From: Coprobacillaceae bacterium
GTDB taxonomy: Bacteria > Bacillota_I > Bacilli_A > Erysipelotrichales > Coprobacillaceae
Length of the DNA stretch: 32,000 nucleotides
Direction of reading: 5' to 3'
NCBI GenBank assembly: GCA_963675515.1
Contig: OY776328.1
Location: forward strand, 2,520,001 to 2,552,000
Both the position numbers and the translations under genes were made by a program. Shown here piece by piece: positions 1 through 9,874 of this stretch; positions within the stretch are counted from its first letter, which is position 1, and every line of letters begins with the position of its first letter. Under the pieces are notes generated by a model. The model was not told where the DNA came from and made no database searches. It saw nothing but the letters and a program-made list of their open reading frames with translations.

Positions 1-293
1 AACCAAGACAAGATTGCTTAATTAAATTAAGCGATACGTTAATAATAATTAATTATATTAATAAAATCAAGTATTTTGTTTATTAATATAATAATTTATT
101 AACGTTATCAATCATTAAGTCAGACTTTAAAACTCCATCCATTGTTTCCGTGGGTGTCATGAAACATTACATATAATGAATGCTCCCTTCAACATATACC
201 CGAACTTAATAAAGGCAACGGGCATCATCTACCATCCAAGGAAGCAATATTGCAATAAAAAATTATCCAGCTAATAAAAAGTTATCTTTTTTG

Positions 294-321
294 TTTACAT
301 ATAATTGTTTAATGTTATAAT
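294..321 (+). promoter_or_regulatory. Candidate sigma-A promoter for the modABC-type operon
   Basis: TTTACA at 294-299, a 16-nt spacer, then TGTTATAAT (extended -10; TATAAT at 316-321). It lies ~135 nt upstream of the ATG at 457. Confidence 0.45.
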
Positions 322-456
322 GCAGTTGTTAGGTTTTATATTGTTTAGTCATGTTTATTTAATTAAAACACCAGGAATATTAATGTTTTGTTCGGTTTGT
401 TATCATGACATGCACCTAACCTTACACAAATTTTCTTATACAGGGGGAGAAAGAAA

Positions 457-1263
457 ATGAAAAGATCAAAGAAGACATTTATCGTACCGCTAATTTCCAT
501 GGCAATAATGCTGGTAAATGCGGGTTGTAGCAGCACTGGCGCTACTGGGTCAACTGATGCCGGGCAGTCCCTGAAGTATGCGGGCGAAACCTTGACAGTC
601 TACAGCGGAGCCGGCTTATCCAAGGCGATGGATGAGATAGCAACGGCGTTCGAACAGGAATATGGGGCAACAGTGAATTTCAACTATGCCGGATGTGCTC
701 AGCTACTTGGCCAGATGGAAATAAACGGAACCGGTGATGTTTTTGTGGGCGGTTCGCTTAGTGATGCCGATACCGCTTTGCAAAAGGATTTTGCCGATGC
801 ATACGAGGAAGTAGTATACCATATTCCGGCCATAGCGGTTCCAAAAGGCAATCCGGCTGGCATAACTTCACTTGAAGATATGGCACAACCCGGGGTCGAA
901 CTTGTTTTGGGCGACACAAAGTCCAACGCTATCGGTAAAAAGGGCGAAAAGATATTCGCGAAAAACAACTTGTCAGTTCCCATCGACGCCAATGCGGTGG
1001 CAAGAGACGCAACTGTAAATGAAATTATCACCCATATAAGCCTTAACCAGGGTGATGCAGGATTGATCTGGGAAGACAACGGATATGGAGCAACCGATAT
1101 AGAGGTCATATCAATTCCCGAGGACCAGAACGTAATCGACAAGGTGCCGGCATGTGTGCTCAATTTCACTCAGAACGAGGAACTTGCTCAGTCTTTTGTG
1201 GATTTCATGATGTCAGATGATGGCATGGCAATATTCGCCAACCACGGCTTCGAAGAGATTTAA
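457..1263 (+). CDS. modA: Molybdate/tungstate ABC transporter substrate-binding lipoprotein (ModA family)
   Basis: GGGGGAG RBS at 443-449. Lipoprotein-type signal peptide (MAIMLVNAGCSS). ModA-like core (TLTVYSGAGLSKAMDEI...NFNYAGCAQLLGQME..GDVFVGGS). It is the first gene of a binding-protein/permease/ATPase operon. Molybdate cannot be told from tungstate by eye. Confidence 0.8.
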   Translation: MKRSKKTFIVPLISMAIMLVNAGCSSTGATGSTDAGQSLKYAGETLTVYSGAGLSKAMDEIATAFEQEYGATVNFNYAGCAQLLGQMEINGTGDVFVGGSLSDADTALQKDFADAYEEVVYHIPAIAVPKGNPAGITSLEDMAQPGVELVLGDTKSNAIGKKGEKIFAKNNLSVPIDANAVARDATVNEIITHISLNQGDAGLIWEDNGYGATDIEVISIPEDQNVIDKVPACVLNFTQNEELAQSFVDFMMSDDGMAIFANHGFEEI

Positions 1264-1376
1264 TTTAAAAGCAAAACAGTTTTTACCGGATATAGGTCAA
1301 GTACATGGGGTCACTGAATATGGCAACCATGACTTGGTCATATTTCCAAAATCACAAATTTGATTGGAGAATCGTT

Positions 1377-2237
1377 ATGACCACACACGAAAATCACTTG
1401 GAAATCAAAAAGAAGATGCCTCACGGCCATCAATACAAAACGGTAAACAAAATATTCCAGCTTGTCATAGTGCTTGTTGTCGCCGTTTTGGTCAGCTTTT
1501 TCTTTTTGGCGCTAGCCAATGTGGTGTGGAAAGGGTCGGCCAGCCTCTTGGAAAACATAGCCAGTCAGGAAATCCAATTCGCAATCAAACTTAGCATAAT
1601 GACATCGATAACCTCAACATTCATTTGCCTGGCTTTTGCCATTCCGGTAGCTTATGGGCTGGAGCGCTTCAATATCCCAGGAAAGAAGATCATAAATGTA
1701 ATATTGAGCATACCGCTGTCTTTGCCACCGCTTGTTTCCGGAGTGGCACTGCTTCTTCTTTTTTCCACCACACCTTTTGGAGATACGCTCTCAAAGCTGG
1801 GCCTTCGTTTTGTGTTTTCGACAAACGGGATAATACTTGCCCAGTTCTTCATCATCACACCTTATATGATAAGGGTCCTGCGAACCACATTTGCCGGGAT
1901 TGATCCACGGCTGGAATTCGTCGCCCGTACCCTTGGATGCTCAAGATGGCAGGCCTTTTACAAGATAACTTTGCCCATCGCAAAAAGCGGGATCATTGCC
2001 GGACTGGCCATAAGCTGGTCGAGGGCGATCGGTGAATTTGGCTGCGCTTTGATGGTTGCCGGTGCGACAAGGATGGTAACGGAAACTTTGCCGGTGTCCC
2101 TCTATTTGAATATGTCGATTGGCAACCTGGAAACTGCCATGGCCTCAGCTACGTGCCTGATAATCATTTCCATGATTTCACTTTTCATATTTGAAATGGC
2201 CGGGGTCACAACTAACCAAGATTCCCGAATCAAGTAA
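1377..2237 (+). CDS. modB: ABC transporter permease (ModB-like, MetI-type fold)
   Basis: Multi-TM protein containing the EAA-like loop (ARTLGCSRWQAFYKITLPIAKSG). The ORF opens at 1305, but GGAGA at 1366-1370 precedes the ATG at 1377, so I prefer 1377 as the start. Confidence 0.8.
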   Translation: MTTHENHLEIKKKMPHGHQYKTVNKIFQLVIVLVVAVLVSFFFLALANVVWKGSASLLENIASQEIQFAIKLSIMTSITSTFICLAFAIPVAYGLERFNIPGKKIINVILSIPLSLPPLVSGVALLLLFSTTPFGDTLSKLGLRFVFSTNGIILAQFFIITPYMIRVLRTTFAGIDPRLEFVARTLGCSRWQAFYKITLPIAKSGIIAGLAISWSRAIGEFGCALMVAGATRMVTETLPVSLYLNMSIGNLETAMASATCLIIISMISLFIFEMAGVTTNQDSRIK

Positions 2238-2252
2238 GAAAAGGAGCACATT

Positions 2253-3296
2253 ATGATCAAATTGAACAATGTTTCCAAACAGCTTGGGGATTTTTGCATC
2301 CACAATGTCAGTATTGACGTGAAAGACAACGAATATTTTGTGATACTCGGGCCCACAGGCGCAGGAAAGACAGCCGTCCTTGAGATGATTTCAGGAATGT
2401 ACAAGCCCGATAATGGTGAAATATGGCTAAATGATCGCGACGTCACCAATGAATGCCCGGAACAACGTAATGTCGGTTTTGTTTACCAGGACTACATGCT
2501 TTTCCCAAATCTTGATGTTAGGGAGAATATCAACTTTGCCCTGAAACTCAAAAAGACACCTGCCAAAATCATCGATCAGCAGCTTCGTGAGATCACAAAA
2601 ATGTTGAACATCGAAGGCTTGTTGAATCGCTATCCTGCAACTCTCTCGGGCGGCGAGGAGCAACGGGTGGCTCTTGCCCGGGCCCTGATTGCCCGGCCGC
2701 AGGTATTGTTGCTCGATGAGCCGCTATCCGCACTTGACCCACGCTCCAAGGAACTGTTCTTGCAGGAACTTAAAAACATCCATCAGCGATTCAATATCAC
2801 CACGATACACATAACCCATGACTTCAATGAGGCTCTTGCCCTGGCAGACAGGATCGGCATAATGAACAAGGGCGAACTGGTCGAAGTCGGCACGACAAAA
2901 GAGGTCTTCCAAAAGCCCAGCTCTCGCTTCGTTGCCGAATTTGTCGGGATGGAAAACATCTATGAAGGTGAAATTGTCAACACCATAGAGGATACGGGTG
3001 TTTTGATTGGCCACGTATACATGAACGTGGTTACCGGATTGAAAGGAAAAGTCCACGTTGCAATCCGTCCGGAGGATATAATCATTACCAGAGAAAGATT
3101 TGCGAGCAGCGCAAGGAACGCGCTGGATGGAAGTATTTTAGAAATATTGCCGCAAGGTTCTTTTGTCAAGCTGGTTCTTGACGTCGGAATAACAATGGTG
3201 GCATTGCTTACCAAACACGCGCTGGAAGAAATGGACCTGGGAGTCGGACAGACTGTCTTGGCGGTATTCAAGACCTCCGCAGTTCATATATTTTAA
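2253..3296 (+). CDS. modC: ABC transporter ATP-binding protein with C-terminal TOBE/Mop-type domain (ModC-like)
   Basis: AAGGAG RBS at 2241-2246. Walker A GPTGAGKT, signature LSGGEEQRVALARAL, Walker B LLLDEP, H-loop ITHD. C-terminal ~70 aa TOBE-like tail (NALDGSILEI...VFKTSAVHIF). Confidence 0.88.
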   Translation: MIKLNNVSKQLGDFCIHNVSIDVKDNEYFVILGPTGAGKTAVLEMISGMYKPDNGEIWLNDRDVTNECPEQRNVGFVYQDYMLFPNLDVRENINFALKLKKTPAKIIDQQLREITKMLNIEGLLNRYPATLSGGEEQRVALARALIARPQVLLLDEPLSALDPRSKELFLQELKNIHQRFNITTIHITHDFNEALALADRIGIMNKGELVEVGTTKEVFQKPSSRFVAEFVGMENIYEGEIVNTIEDTGVLIGHVYMNVVTGLKGKVHVAIRPEDIIITRERFASSARNALDGSILEILPQGSFVKLVLDVGITMVALLTKHALEEMDLGVGQTVLAVFKTSAVHIF

Positions 3297-3338
3297 TCAT
3301 TGAAGAAAATCACACCATAGAAAACAAGGAGACTGAAT

Positions 3339-4064
3339 ATGGAACTACTTAAAGAGATGCAAATCAGATTGGCCCAAATCGCTGAGGAAATGTCATGGCA
3401 GGATGAGAGCATTACGGTTGTAAACACAAGAGCCCTTACCGTTGACGAGGCCATAGGAACACCCGAACGTCAGGACTATCCAATCCAAAAAGGCAAGGAA
3501 GTGATGCTTGAGACAACTTTCAAAGGGAGCAAAGGACAAGCCTTTACGGACCAACCCGGGAATTTTTCCGGTACACTGCATGATGTCTCCATTTTGCAAC
3601 TGCAGAGCAATTTCGAGCGAGCGGTGTTCGTTGCAACATTCAATGCCGTATTGCGCTTCCAGGGGAAGGTCGTCAAGACAATCCACTGCAGGGACAAGGA
3701 ACCTGGCACATGTGCCTTGCACTTGGCAAAGGTTGTCAAAGAGCGGTTTGGCAACCCACGGATAGCCTTCGTCGGTTTTCAGCCAGGGATGATTGATGTT
3801 TTAAGCAAGGAATTTGAAATCAGGGTCACCGATCTTGATCCCGACAATGTCGGCAAAATAAAGGCCGGCGCTCTTATCGAAGACGTCAGCGAGACCGAGA
3901 AAATCATCGAGTGGGCAGATATCGTATTGGCAACCGGTTCGACATCGGTGAACAATAGCCTTTCTAGTCTAATCAAAAATAAACCGGTAATCTTTTTTGG
4001 AGTCACGGTTGCTGGAATTGCCTATCAAACCGGATTGGAACAGTATTGTCATTGCGGTCACTGA
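3339..4064 (+). CDS. DUF364/DUF4213-like Rossmann-domain protein (putative heavy-metal chelation family), last gene of the transporter operon
   Basis: AAGGAG RBS at 3326-3331. Family-like sequence (RIAFVGFQPGMIDVL...VTDLDP....ADIVLATGSTSVNNSL) and a C-terminal CHCGH. The assignment is from memory of the family and is not verified. Confidence 0.55.
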   Translation: MELLKEMQIRLAQIAEEMSWQDESITVVNTRALTVDEAIGTPERQDYPIQKGKEVMLETTFKGSKGQAFTDQPGNFSGTLHDVSILQLQSNFERAVFVATFNAVLRFQGKVVKTIHCRDKEPGTCALHLAKVVKERFGNPRIAFVGFQPGMIDVLSKEFEIRVTDLDPDNVGKIKAGALIEDVSETEKIIEWADIVLATGSTSVNNSLSSLIKNKPVIFFGVTVAGIAYQTGLEQYCHCGH

Positions 4065-4121
4065 TGATTGGACATTTCCGTTTTAAAGCGGATCGGCAGT
4101 TAGATCAAACGTGCAAGATAG

Positions 4122-4165
4122 AAAAAGCACTCTTTACTGATTGGTTCCAGTGAAGAGCGCTTTTT
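4122..4165. terminator. Bidirectional intrinsic terminator between the convergent DUF364 and rpiB genes
   Basis: The arms GCACTCTTTACTG and CAGTGAAGAGCGC pair at 11 of 13 positions around an 8-nt loop. An A-run precedes the hairpin and a T-run follows it. Confidence 0.6.
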
Positions 4166-4289
4166 CTTTTGAAGTATTCCTTTATTTACGTCCTTCAGGA
4201 TTGAAGAACAAGTGGGACGACGGAGTCATTTGGTGGTTGCCCACATATTTCAGACCAAATTTACAGCAAGTGGCTCCATCACCACATCA

Positions 4290-4763
4290 TCATTGGATTT
4301 CAGACAGTTTTTTAAGGTGCTTCTTAGAGATTTCCACCACCTTGTCAACACGTCGTTTGTATTTTTCAATGTCGCCAAGAAAATCCGTGTTCATCCAGGT
4401 ATTTATGGTTTCAATGGCAATTGCCGAGCCGATAATTTTTGCACCTATGCAAAGCACATTGGTATTGGAATGTTCCCGCGCCAGCTGAGCGCAGAACGGA
4501 TCCTGGCAAACCGCAGCAAACAGACCATCTACCTTATTTGCGATCATCGCACTGCCATAGCCAACTCCGTCGATGAATATAGCTCTGTCTGCCTTTCCCG
4601 AGGAAACAGCCAGCGATGCAGGATAGACATAATCCGATAAATCACATGCCTCTTCACTATGTGTTCCATAGTCTAACACCTCATGGCCTTTGCTTTCCAA
4701 TAAGGCCTTCACTTCCTCTTTCAGGGAATATCCGGCATGATCACTTGCAACAATAATTTTCAT
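4290..4763 (-). CDS. rpiB: RpiB/LacA/LacB-family sugar-phosphate isomerase (ribose-5-phosphate isomerase B type)
   Basis: MKIIVASDHAGYSLKEE...GTHSEEACDLSDYV...RAIFIDGVGYGSAMIANKV.G..AAVC matches the RpiB family signature. AGGAGG RBS upstream. Confidence 0.85.
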   Translation of the reverse strand: MKIIVASDHAGYSLKEEVKALLESKGHEVLDYGTHSEEACDLSDYVYPASLAVSSGKADRAIFIDGVGYGSAMIANKVDGLFAAVCQDPFCAQLAREHSNTNVLCIGAKIIGSAIAIETINTWMNTDFLGDIEKYKRRVDKVVEISKKHLKKLSEIQ

Positions 4764-4854
4764 ATTAATGAGCCTCCTAATATAATTTCATTTCACACAT
4801 AATATTGTACCTTTTCTTCAGTGAAAGAAACAGTTTTTTTACCAAATCCGCATG

Positions 4855-5280
4855 TTAATTTTGCTTCTCCAAAACCACCGTTGATTCCACTCCCATCAAC
4901 ATGGTGATGTAACTCAACCGGCCTTGCTCGTATGTGAATGTCTGAGTATCGATATTTGCGGCATGCAGTTCATCATCGGTTATGCCATGATCGTTCACCG
5001 AATCCCATGAATAAGGTTCCCCGCCCACGGTCGGTTCCACATATGCGCCCGACCAATACGTAGATTTGTCCGATCCCTTATCCGATATCCAGCTAACCTC
5101 TATGGCATCCCCTTCAATGGTGGCCCCGATCCAGAAGTCTTCTTCCTCGGTCTCGATTTGCCTCCACTCACCTGTCAAGTTTTCAGGTACTTTCGTTTCT
5201 GCCGTCTCACCTTTTACGCTGCAGGAATTCAACGTAATCCCCAGTCCAAACAACACAACACATGTTGCAATTTTCCCCAT
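4855..5280 (-). CDS. Small secreted lipoprotein, function unknown
   Basis: AAGGGGGG RBS 8 nt before the ATG at 5280 (the ORF extends to 5337). Signal peptide plus lipobox-like LNSC (MGKIATCVVLFGLGITLNSCS). Acidic mature part. Confidence 0.55.
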   Translation of the reverse strand: MGKIATCVVLFGLGITLNSCSVKGETAETKVPENLTGEWRQIETEEEDFWIGATIEGDAIEVSWISDKGSDKSTYWSGAYVEPTVGGEPYSWDSVNDHGITDDELHAANIDTQTFTYEQGRLSYITMLMGVESTVVLEKQN

Positions 5281-5476
5281 CAACACAATCCCCCCCTTAT
5301 AATTTGGCTCGATCATGATTTGATGCAAATGTGACAATGAAGTAAAATCGTCCTTTGCCTCATTACCACCTTAGGTAACAACAAGCGAACATGCGCCCGG
5401 TCGCAAATAGAAACAACCTGCTCAATACGCTATTTATAGCCAACTCACAATATATATCACAATATCTTGCTTATAG

Positions 5477-7408
5477 CTATGGATATTGATATTCATTTGT
5501 AGAGAAATAATCACTCTGAAATATCTTGTTGATCACCTGAAGTCTTTGAAGATGATCAATCGCCTTTTTTTCAAACTCCGCTATGGATTCCTTTTCGTAA
5601 TCACCAAACCTGATATCACTCAAGGAATACGCAAAATAATTGTCGTCCAAAAACACATTGTATGCCCTTGAATAGATGATACTTTCGGCATCAACACCAA
5701 GCATCGAAGTTCCAAGATAGAGATTCTTCCACCCTTCGATACCGAGGATATCCAGCAGGGTCGGAACCACGTCACTTGTTGTGGTGAATTTGGAAACTGT
5801 CGTGCTTTTTCTTGAATCCTCCAAAGCAGCGAAAAGTTTTTTGTCATATATCATCATCGGAACCCGGTAGAGTTCAGGCTCATATGGATTGTCGATTCCC
5901 TTTGCATAATTGCTCAGCTTGTTGTAATAGGCATTATGGTCAGCCACGATGGCAATTGTCGTATTTTCCAACAGGCCTTTGTGCTCGAGATCAGTCATCA
6001 TGATCCCGATGGCCTTGTCAAAGTCACAGACAGTGGCGGCATATGTCCGCAGGAAGTCTTCATACGGACAACCTCCCTGGAACACACCAAGATTATCGAA
6101 TTCGTCATAGTAGTCTCTAAGATTATCGCGCTCCTTATAGTATCCATGCCCGGAAAATGAAATCCAGAATGAAAAGAACCTCTGATTCGAACTGAACATC
6201 TCATCTTTCATTGCCATAAGCATCAGTGAATCGAGATTTCTTTCATGTTGGTCGCTTTCCCAGGTATTTTCCACTCCGTAAGCTTCCATATCGTAGATAT
6301 CGATCAAACTGTCAAATCCAAAGCTTTCATGGATCTGGTTGCGATTATAGAAATCCCCCATGTTCTGATGGAATGAATTTATCGAAACATCTTCGAAGCC
6401 TTCTATTTCGCATTGATTTTTGAACAGGTTGGCGATCGAGTATGGATAAGAATTTTCAGCGAAATCATTGTGGGTGTATTTTCCGACAGGATTGCTTCCA
6501 ATCATCATCAGCGACTCCGCAGTATCGGTTTTTTCCCTAGAATAGAAATTGTCAAAAACGACACTATTGGAGATGATATTTGAGAGGTTTGGAAATAGTT
6601 TTGAAGTTATATCCTCATCATACAAGGTGAAAGGAAACCATTCCAAAGACTCGGCCAGAATCATCACCAGGTTGTTGCCTTTGGAGATGCCAAAATAGTC
6701 CGACGTATCACATTTGCCTGAGTATATGTAATCATCTATTTCGTCGAGGTTATCCACGCCAGCAATCACATCATCATTCCGGCTCAACTCGTAAATAACT
6801 TTTGATGAAACACCGAAATTCTGATAGCTGTCCTCCTGTTTGTAAAGAAGTGCGGTCAGATCATTTGCCATTTCACCCCTGGTCGCATATACGGGGATGA
6901 TTTTGATTCCTGCCAAAAGAACGATAACGGCCGTTCGATATCCAAACGCCCTTTTCCTGCCATGGATTTTTTTATTCCCGCGGTCGTTTCCAAATCGCAA
7001 CAAATAAGCAACCAGAAATATTGAATATACTAAAAACACGACAATACAGCCAATCACAAGACCTTCATCGACACTGAGCTGTTCTATTGTCGCGATGGCG
7101 TCGTTCCTCTGTTTCAACATGCTCAATTCAAATACGGTCCCATTTGCCAAAAAAAGCAAATCACAACCAATCAGCAATACCGACTGGAACACCAGAACAA
7201 GCAGGCCCATCAAACCGGAAATGATCTTGCTTTGGAACATGGCAACAAGACAGACCATCGTGACCAGAATATACAACGGGTATTCAAAATTCAAAATACT
7301 GGTTGTACAGTCAAAATACTGCAAAGCATAGAGTTCTAAGCCGACTGACAGTATTGCAAAAACAACAACATTCAGATTGTCCATGATCAACTTTTTCAAT
7401 TTCCCCAT
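5477..7408 (-). CDS. LtaS-family (sulfatase-domain) membrane protein; lipoteichoic acid synthase / phosphoglycerol-transferase-like
   Basis: N-terminal multi-TM region followed by an extracellular sulfatase-type domain (NLVMILAESLEWF, REKTDTAESLMMIG, IVADHN). GAAGAGGG RBS before the ATG at 7408; the ORF extends to 7450 with no RBS there. Confidence 0.75.
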   Translation of the reverse strand: MGKLKKLIMDNLNVVVFAILSVGLELYALQYFDCTTSILNFEYPLYILVTMVCLVAMFQSKIISGLMGLLVLVFQSVLLIGCDLLFLANGTVFELSMLKQRNDAIATIEQLSVDEGLVIGCIVVFLVYSIFLVAYLLRFGNDRGNKKIHGRKRAFGYRTAVIVLLAGIKIIPVYATRGEMANDLTALLYKQEDSYQNFGVSSKVIYELSRNDDVIAGVDNLDEIDDYIYSGKCDTSDYFGISKGNNLVMILAESLEWFPFTLYDEDITSKLFPNLSNIISNSVVFDNFYSREKTDTAESLMMIGSNPVGKYTHNDFAENSYPYSIANLFKNQCEIEGFEDVSINSFHQNMGDFYNRNQIHESFGFDSLIDIYDMEAYGVENTWESDQHERNLDSLMLMAMKDEMFSSNQRFFSFWISFSGHGYYKERDNLRDYYDEFDNLGVFQGGCPYEDFLRTYAATVCDFDKAIGIMMTDLEHKGLLENTTIAIVADHNAYYNKLSNYAKGIDNPYEPELYRVPMMIYDKKLFAALEDSRKSTTVSKFTTTSDVVPTLLDILGIEGWKNLYLGTSMLGVDAESIIYSRAYNVFLDDNYFAYSLSDIRFGDYEKESIAEFEKKAIDHLQRLQVINKIFQSDYFSTNEYQYP

Positions 7409-7691
7409 ATATTTTCCCTCTTCTTCGTACCAATGGTTGATTTTCATCAACGTTTCAAATCAACCTAAGTTCAATTGAATTCCCCTTCAGTAATTATCCG
7501 ATATTAAAAATCGAATGGAAATGGCCATGGCAATTTATCGGATATCTTTATGAAACACCTACTCGCACTTGCAATATCCAGAATTGGAAACTCAATTCCA
7601 AAAGACAATACGTTCAGGCACCTGAAAAATAACTGGATTTAAGCTTATGCATGCGACTTCCATTTTCGTCTGGACTTCCTGGCAATTTACA

Positions 7692-9134
7692 TCAGTCTGC
7701 TCCAATGAAGTTGCTCCGGTAAAAATATGATGATTTTTGGAGTTCCTTGTTTAGATAATCGAATCCGTAAACTTCAAGCAAGGTCGGCTGGTCGGAATAA
7801 AGATTCGTTCCCAGACCCAGACGATCTCCTTCTATCAATCCACCGATGGAAGCGATGGTTGTCGGGAACATATCCATTGCACTGAATAGACGGTTTGTTG
7901 TGTTATCAGTGGTTACGGCACTGTTTATGATCAGATTGAACGGGGTCCTCAGGTAGTCCTTGTCAATCCCATCGAAGTACTCATCGAACATGCTAAGATG
8001 ATCTCCGACGACTATTATAGTCGTGTCATCATAGTAGTCCTGGGTTTTTAGATAATTGATGAAATCAGCAACCTGAACTGAAGCATCGGCGATGACGTTG
8101 GAATACTGGTCAGCATACCGCGTTGCGACATTTTCTTCAAGATAGCCATCGGGCGTGTGGGTGTTGACCGTCTCCATTGTAAAATTGAAAGGCTGCCCTT
8201 GTGCAGACAGATCCCCTAGAATCCCTTTGGCGTATTCGTACGTCTTGCTATCTTCCATGCCCCAGAAAACCTTGTAATCGTCAGGAATGAAACCTTCCTC
8301 AATTGCAACATCATAGTCGTATATATTGTAATCGCCATGACAATCGAAAAAATTGGATGTTCCTGCGAAGTCGCAGTCCGAACCCTTGAGAAGCACATTG
8401 GCATAGCCATTGGCTTCAAGCACCTGTCCTAATGAATAGGCGCCGGAAAGAAACGGCTCCCCAGGTTCGTATTTGTCATCGTCTATTTTCAACATGACGG
8501 GAATCCCACAGTTTTGGGCAATCATGGATGCTATGGTCCATTGGGTCCCTTCAAGTGTCAGCCAGCCACCCAATACATCCGTATTGGAAAAATTCGTGTT
8601 TTCCAGGGCCATTTCCTCGAGTTCCGGGATCACGCTGAATTCATTTGTGCCCCCGTTGTTTGTTGAAAGATATGTGGTCTCCATCGATTCAAGATAGATG
8701 TAGATAAGATTCCTTTTTTGAGCAAAGGTGATTCCCGCATTCTTGGGGTCCACATATTGTCTTTCATATATATTGGTGGTCTGAAATATCGAACCGACAT
8801 ACCCAAAGACATGATAATTGACGATTGCAAAAACAACCAGCGAAGCGACCGGCACAACTGACCAGTTCGAAGACCACAATCTGATGGCAACCCCTGATTT
8901 GAACTTGTATCTTGTAATCAAGACATAGGTTGAAAAAAAGATCACGATGCTGGGAATAATCGACTGAACCAGCCAACTAAAAAACAACCCCTCACCAGCA
9001 CCCTTGCCAGTGAATTTGGTATGGTAGATCAGCTGGTTCATTGTTCCTGTTGAAAACGTGTTGTTGTTCCAGATGATTGTAAAAAACACGATCAATACAA
9101 CGAAAAATATTACAAAATTGCTCCTTCTTTTCAC
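7692..9134 (-). CDS. Second LtaS-family (sulfatase-domain) membrane protein, shorter paralogue
   Basis: TM segments followed by a sulfatase-type domain (NLIYIYLESMETTY, LEGTQWTIASMI, IIVVGDHL). AGGGGGG RBS 7 nt before the GTG at 9134; the upstream part of the ORF (to 9242) looks non-coding. Confidence 0.7.
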   Translation of the reverse strand: MKRRSNFVIFFVVLIVFFTIIWNNNTFSTGTMNQLIYHTKFTGKGAGEGLFFSWLVQSIIPSIVIFFSTYVLITRYKFKSGVAIRLWSSNWSVVPVASLVVFAIVNYHVFGYVGSIFQTTNIYERQYVDPKNAGITFAQKRNLIYIYLESMETTYLSTNNGGTNEFSVIPELEEMALENTNFSNTDVLGGWLTLEGTQWTIASMIAQNCGIPVMLKIDDDKYEPGEPFLSGAYSLGQVLEANGYANVLLKGSDCDFAGTSNFFDCHGDYNIYDYDVAIEEGFIPDDYKVFWGMEDSKTYEYAKGILGDLSAQGQPFNFTMETVNTHTPDGYLEENVATRYADQYSNVIADASVQVADFINYLKTQDYYDDTTIIVVGDHLSMFDEYFDGIDKDYLRTPFNLIINSAVTTDNTTNRLFSAMDMFPTTIASIGGLIEGDRLGLGTNLYSDQPTLLEVYGFDYLNKELQKSSYFYRSNFIGAD

Positions 9135-9455
9135 CAAGAATCCCCCCTGACTTGATGGTTCACACAAACAAGCAGCCACTTCCACACAAATCACTTGTGC
9201 AGGATAGTCCCTACTGTCCACGCACTGTCCTCGCTTCCCCAAACAAAGACAAATTGTTTAAAATATTTATCGATACGATTAGCACGTCATTGTCCTCAAG
9301 CACCCAAAACCAAAAAACATGTTTTACCGGCAGGCTGTGCTTCAACAAGGTAATTCCCCAATTTTCAGAAATTCACAATGAATACTTGCCTTGCAACCGT
9401 TAAAAATTGATACAATCTATATTGCGTGATTATACCACAACTTTCACGATTGTAA

Positions 9456-9488
9456 ACAAATTATAACACATCATGTGTTATAATTTGT
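9456..9488. repeat. Perfect 15+3+15 bp palindrome ACAAATTATAACACA-tca-TGTGTTATAATTTGT
   Basis: The arms are exact reverse complements. Each strand reads TGTTATAAT (extended -10) inside the palindrome. A T-run follows at 9493-9497. Confidence 0.8.
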
Positions 9489-9874
9489 AATGTTTTTCAA
9501 GCGTACGCTGTCAGCTGTCAAATAGCTTTAGATTATTATTCGTGAATAAAACCAAGGAATGAAGCCACAATGAAGATGATTTTGTTGTCAATTTAAAGTA
9601 AAGATGACTCAATTTGAAATTGATTTATGGCCAAAATGTACCCAACAAAAAGACAAGATGGAAAAAAACCTTTTACAAGAGCCAAACTGGTTGACTGTTT
9701 TTTGCATAAGGCCTGGATGACTATTATCCTATTCTATTATTGCAATGATTAAACCTTCCAGTAATCAACGCTTGATTTCCACTTACTGGAATTTGAACCT
9801 AAACTGGAGACACTAACCGCTATTCTCATCATAAGCGTTTCGAGAACAACTGGAATCTGAAAATGAATATTATG

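Noticed and set aside
100-456. Possible molybdenum-cofactor (Moco) riboswitch upstream of modA.
   Set aside because: The leader is very AT-rich, and I could not find the conserved GC-rich Moco-motif elements as I remember them. Only a generic 7-bp pairing is visible. A cmscan would be needed to be sure.
699-1169. Long antisense ORFs inside well-supported genes. Examples: 699-1169(-), 2102-2449(-), 2724-3271(-), 3393-3754(-), 4141-4640(+), 8216-8976(-/+), 11104-11865(+), 16904-17512(+), 23306-23605(+), 28077-28442(-).
   Set aside because: Each lies opposite a gene with clear family motifs and an RBS. None has an RBS or a recognisable motif, and their composition is the mirror image of the real gene.
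9604-9720. 38-codon plus-strand ORF (MTQFEIDLWPKCTQQKDKMEKNLLQEPNWLTVFCIRPG*) downstream of the palindrome.
   Set aside because: It has a weak RBS and no recognisable family or signal sequence. Its length is within chance expectation for AT-rich DNA.
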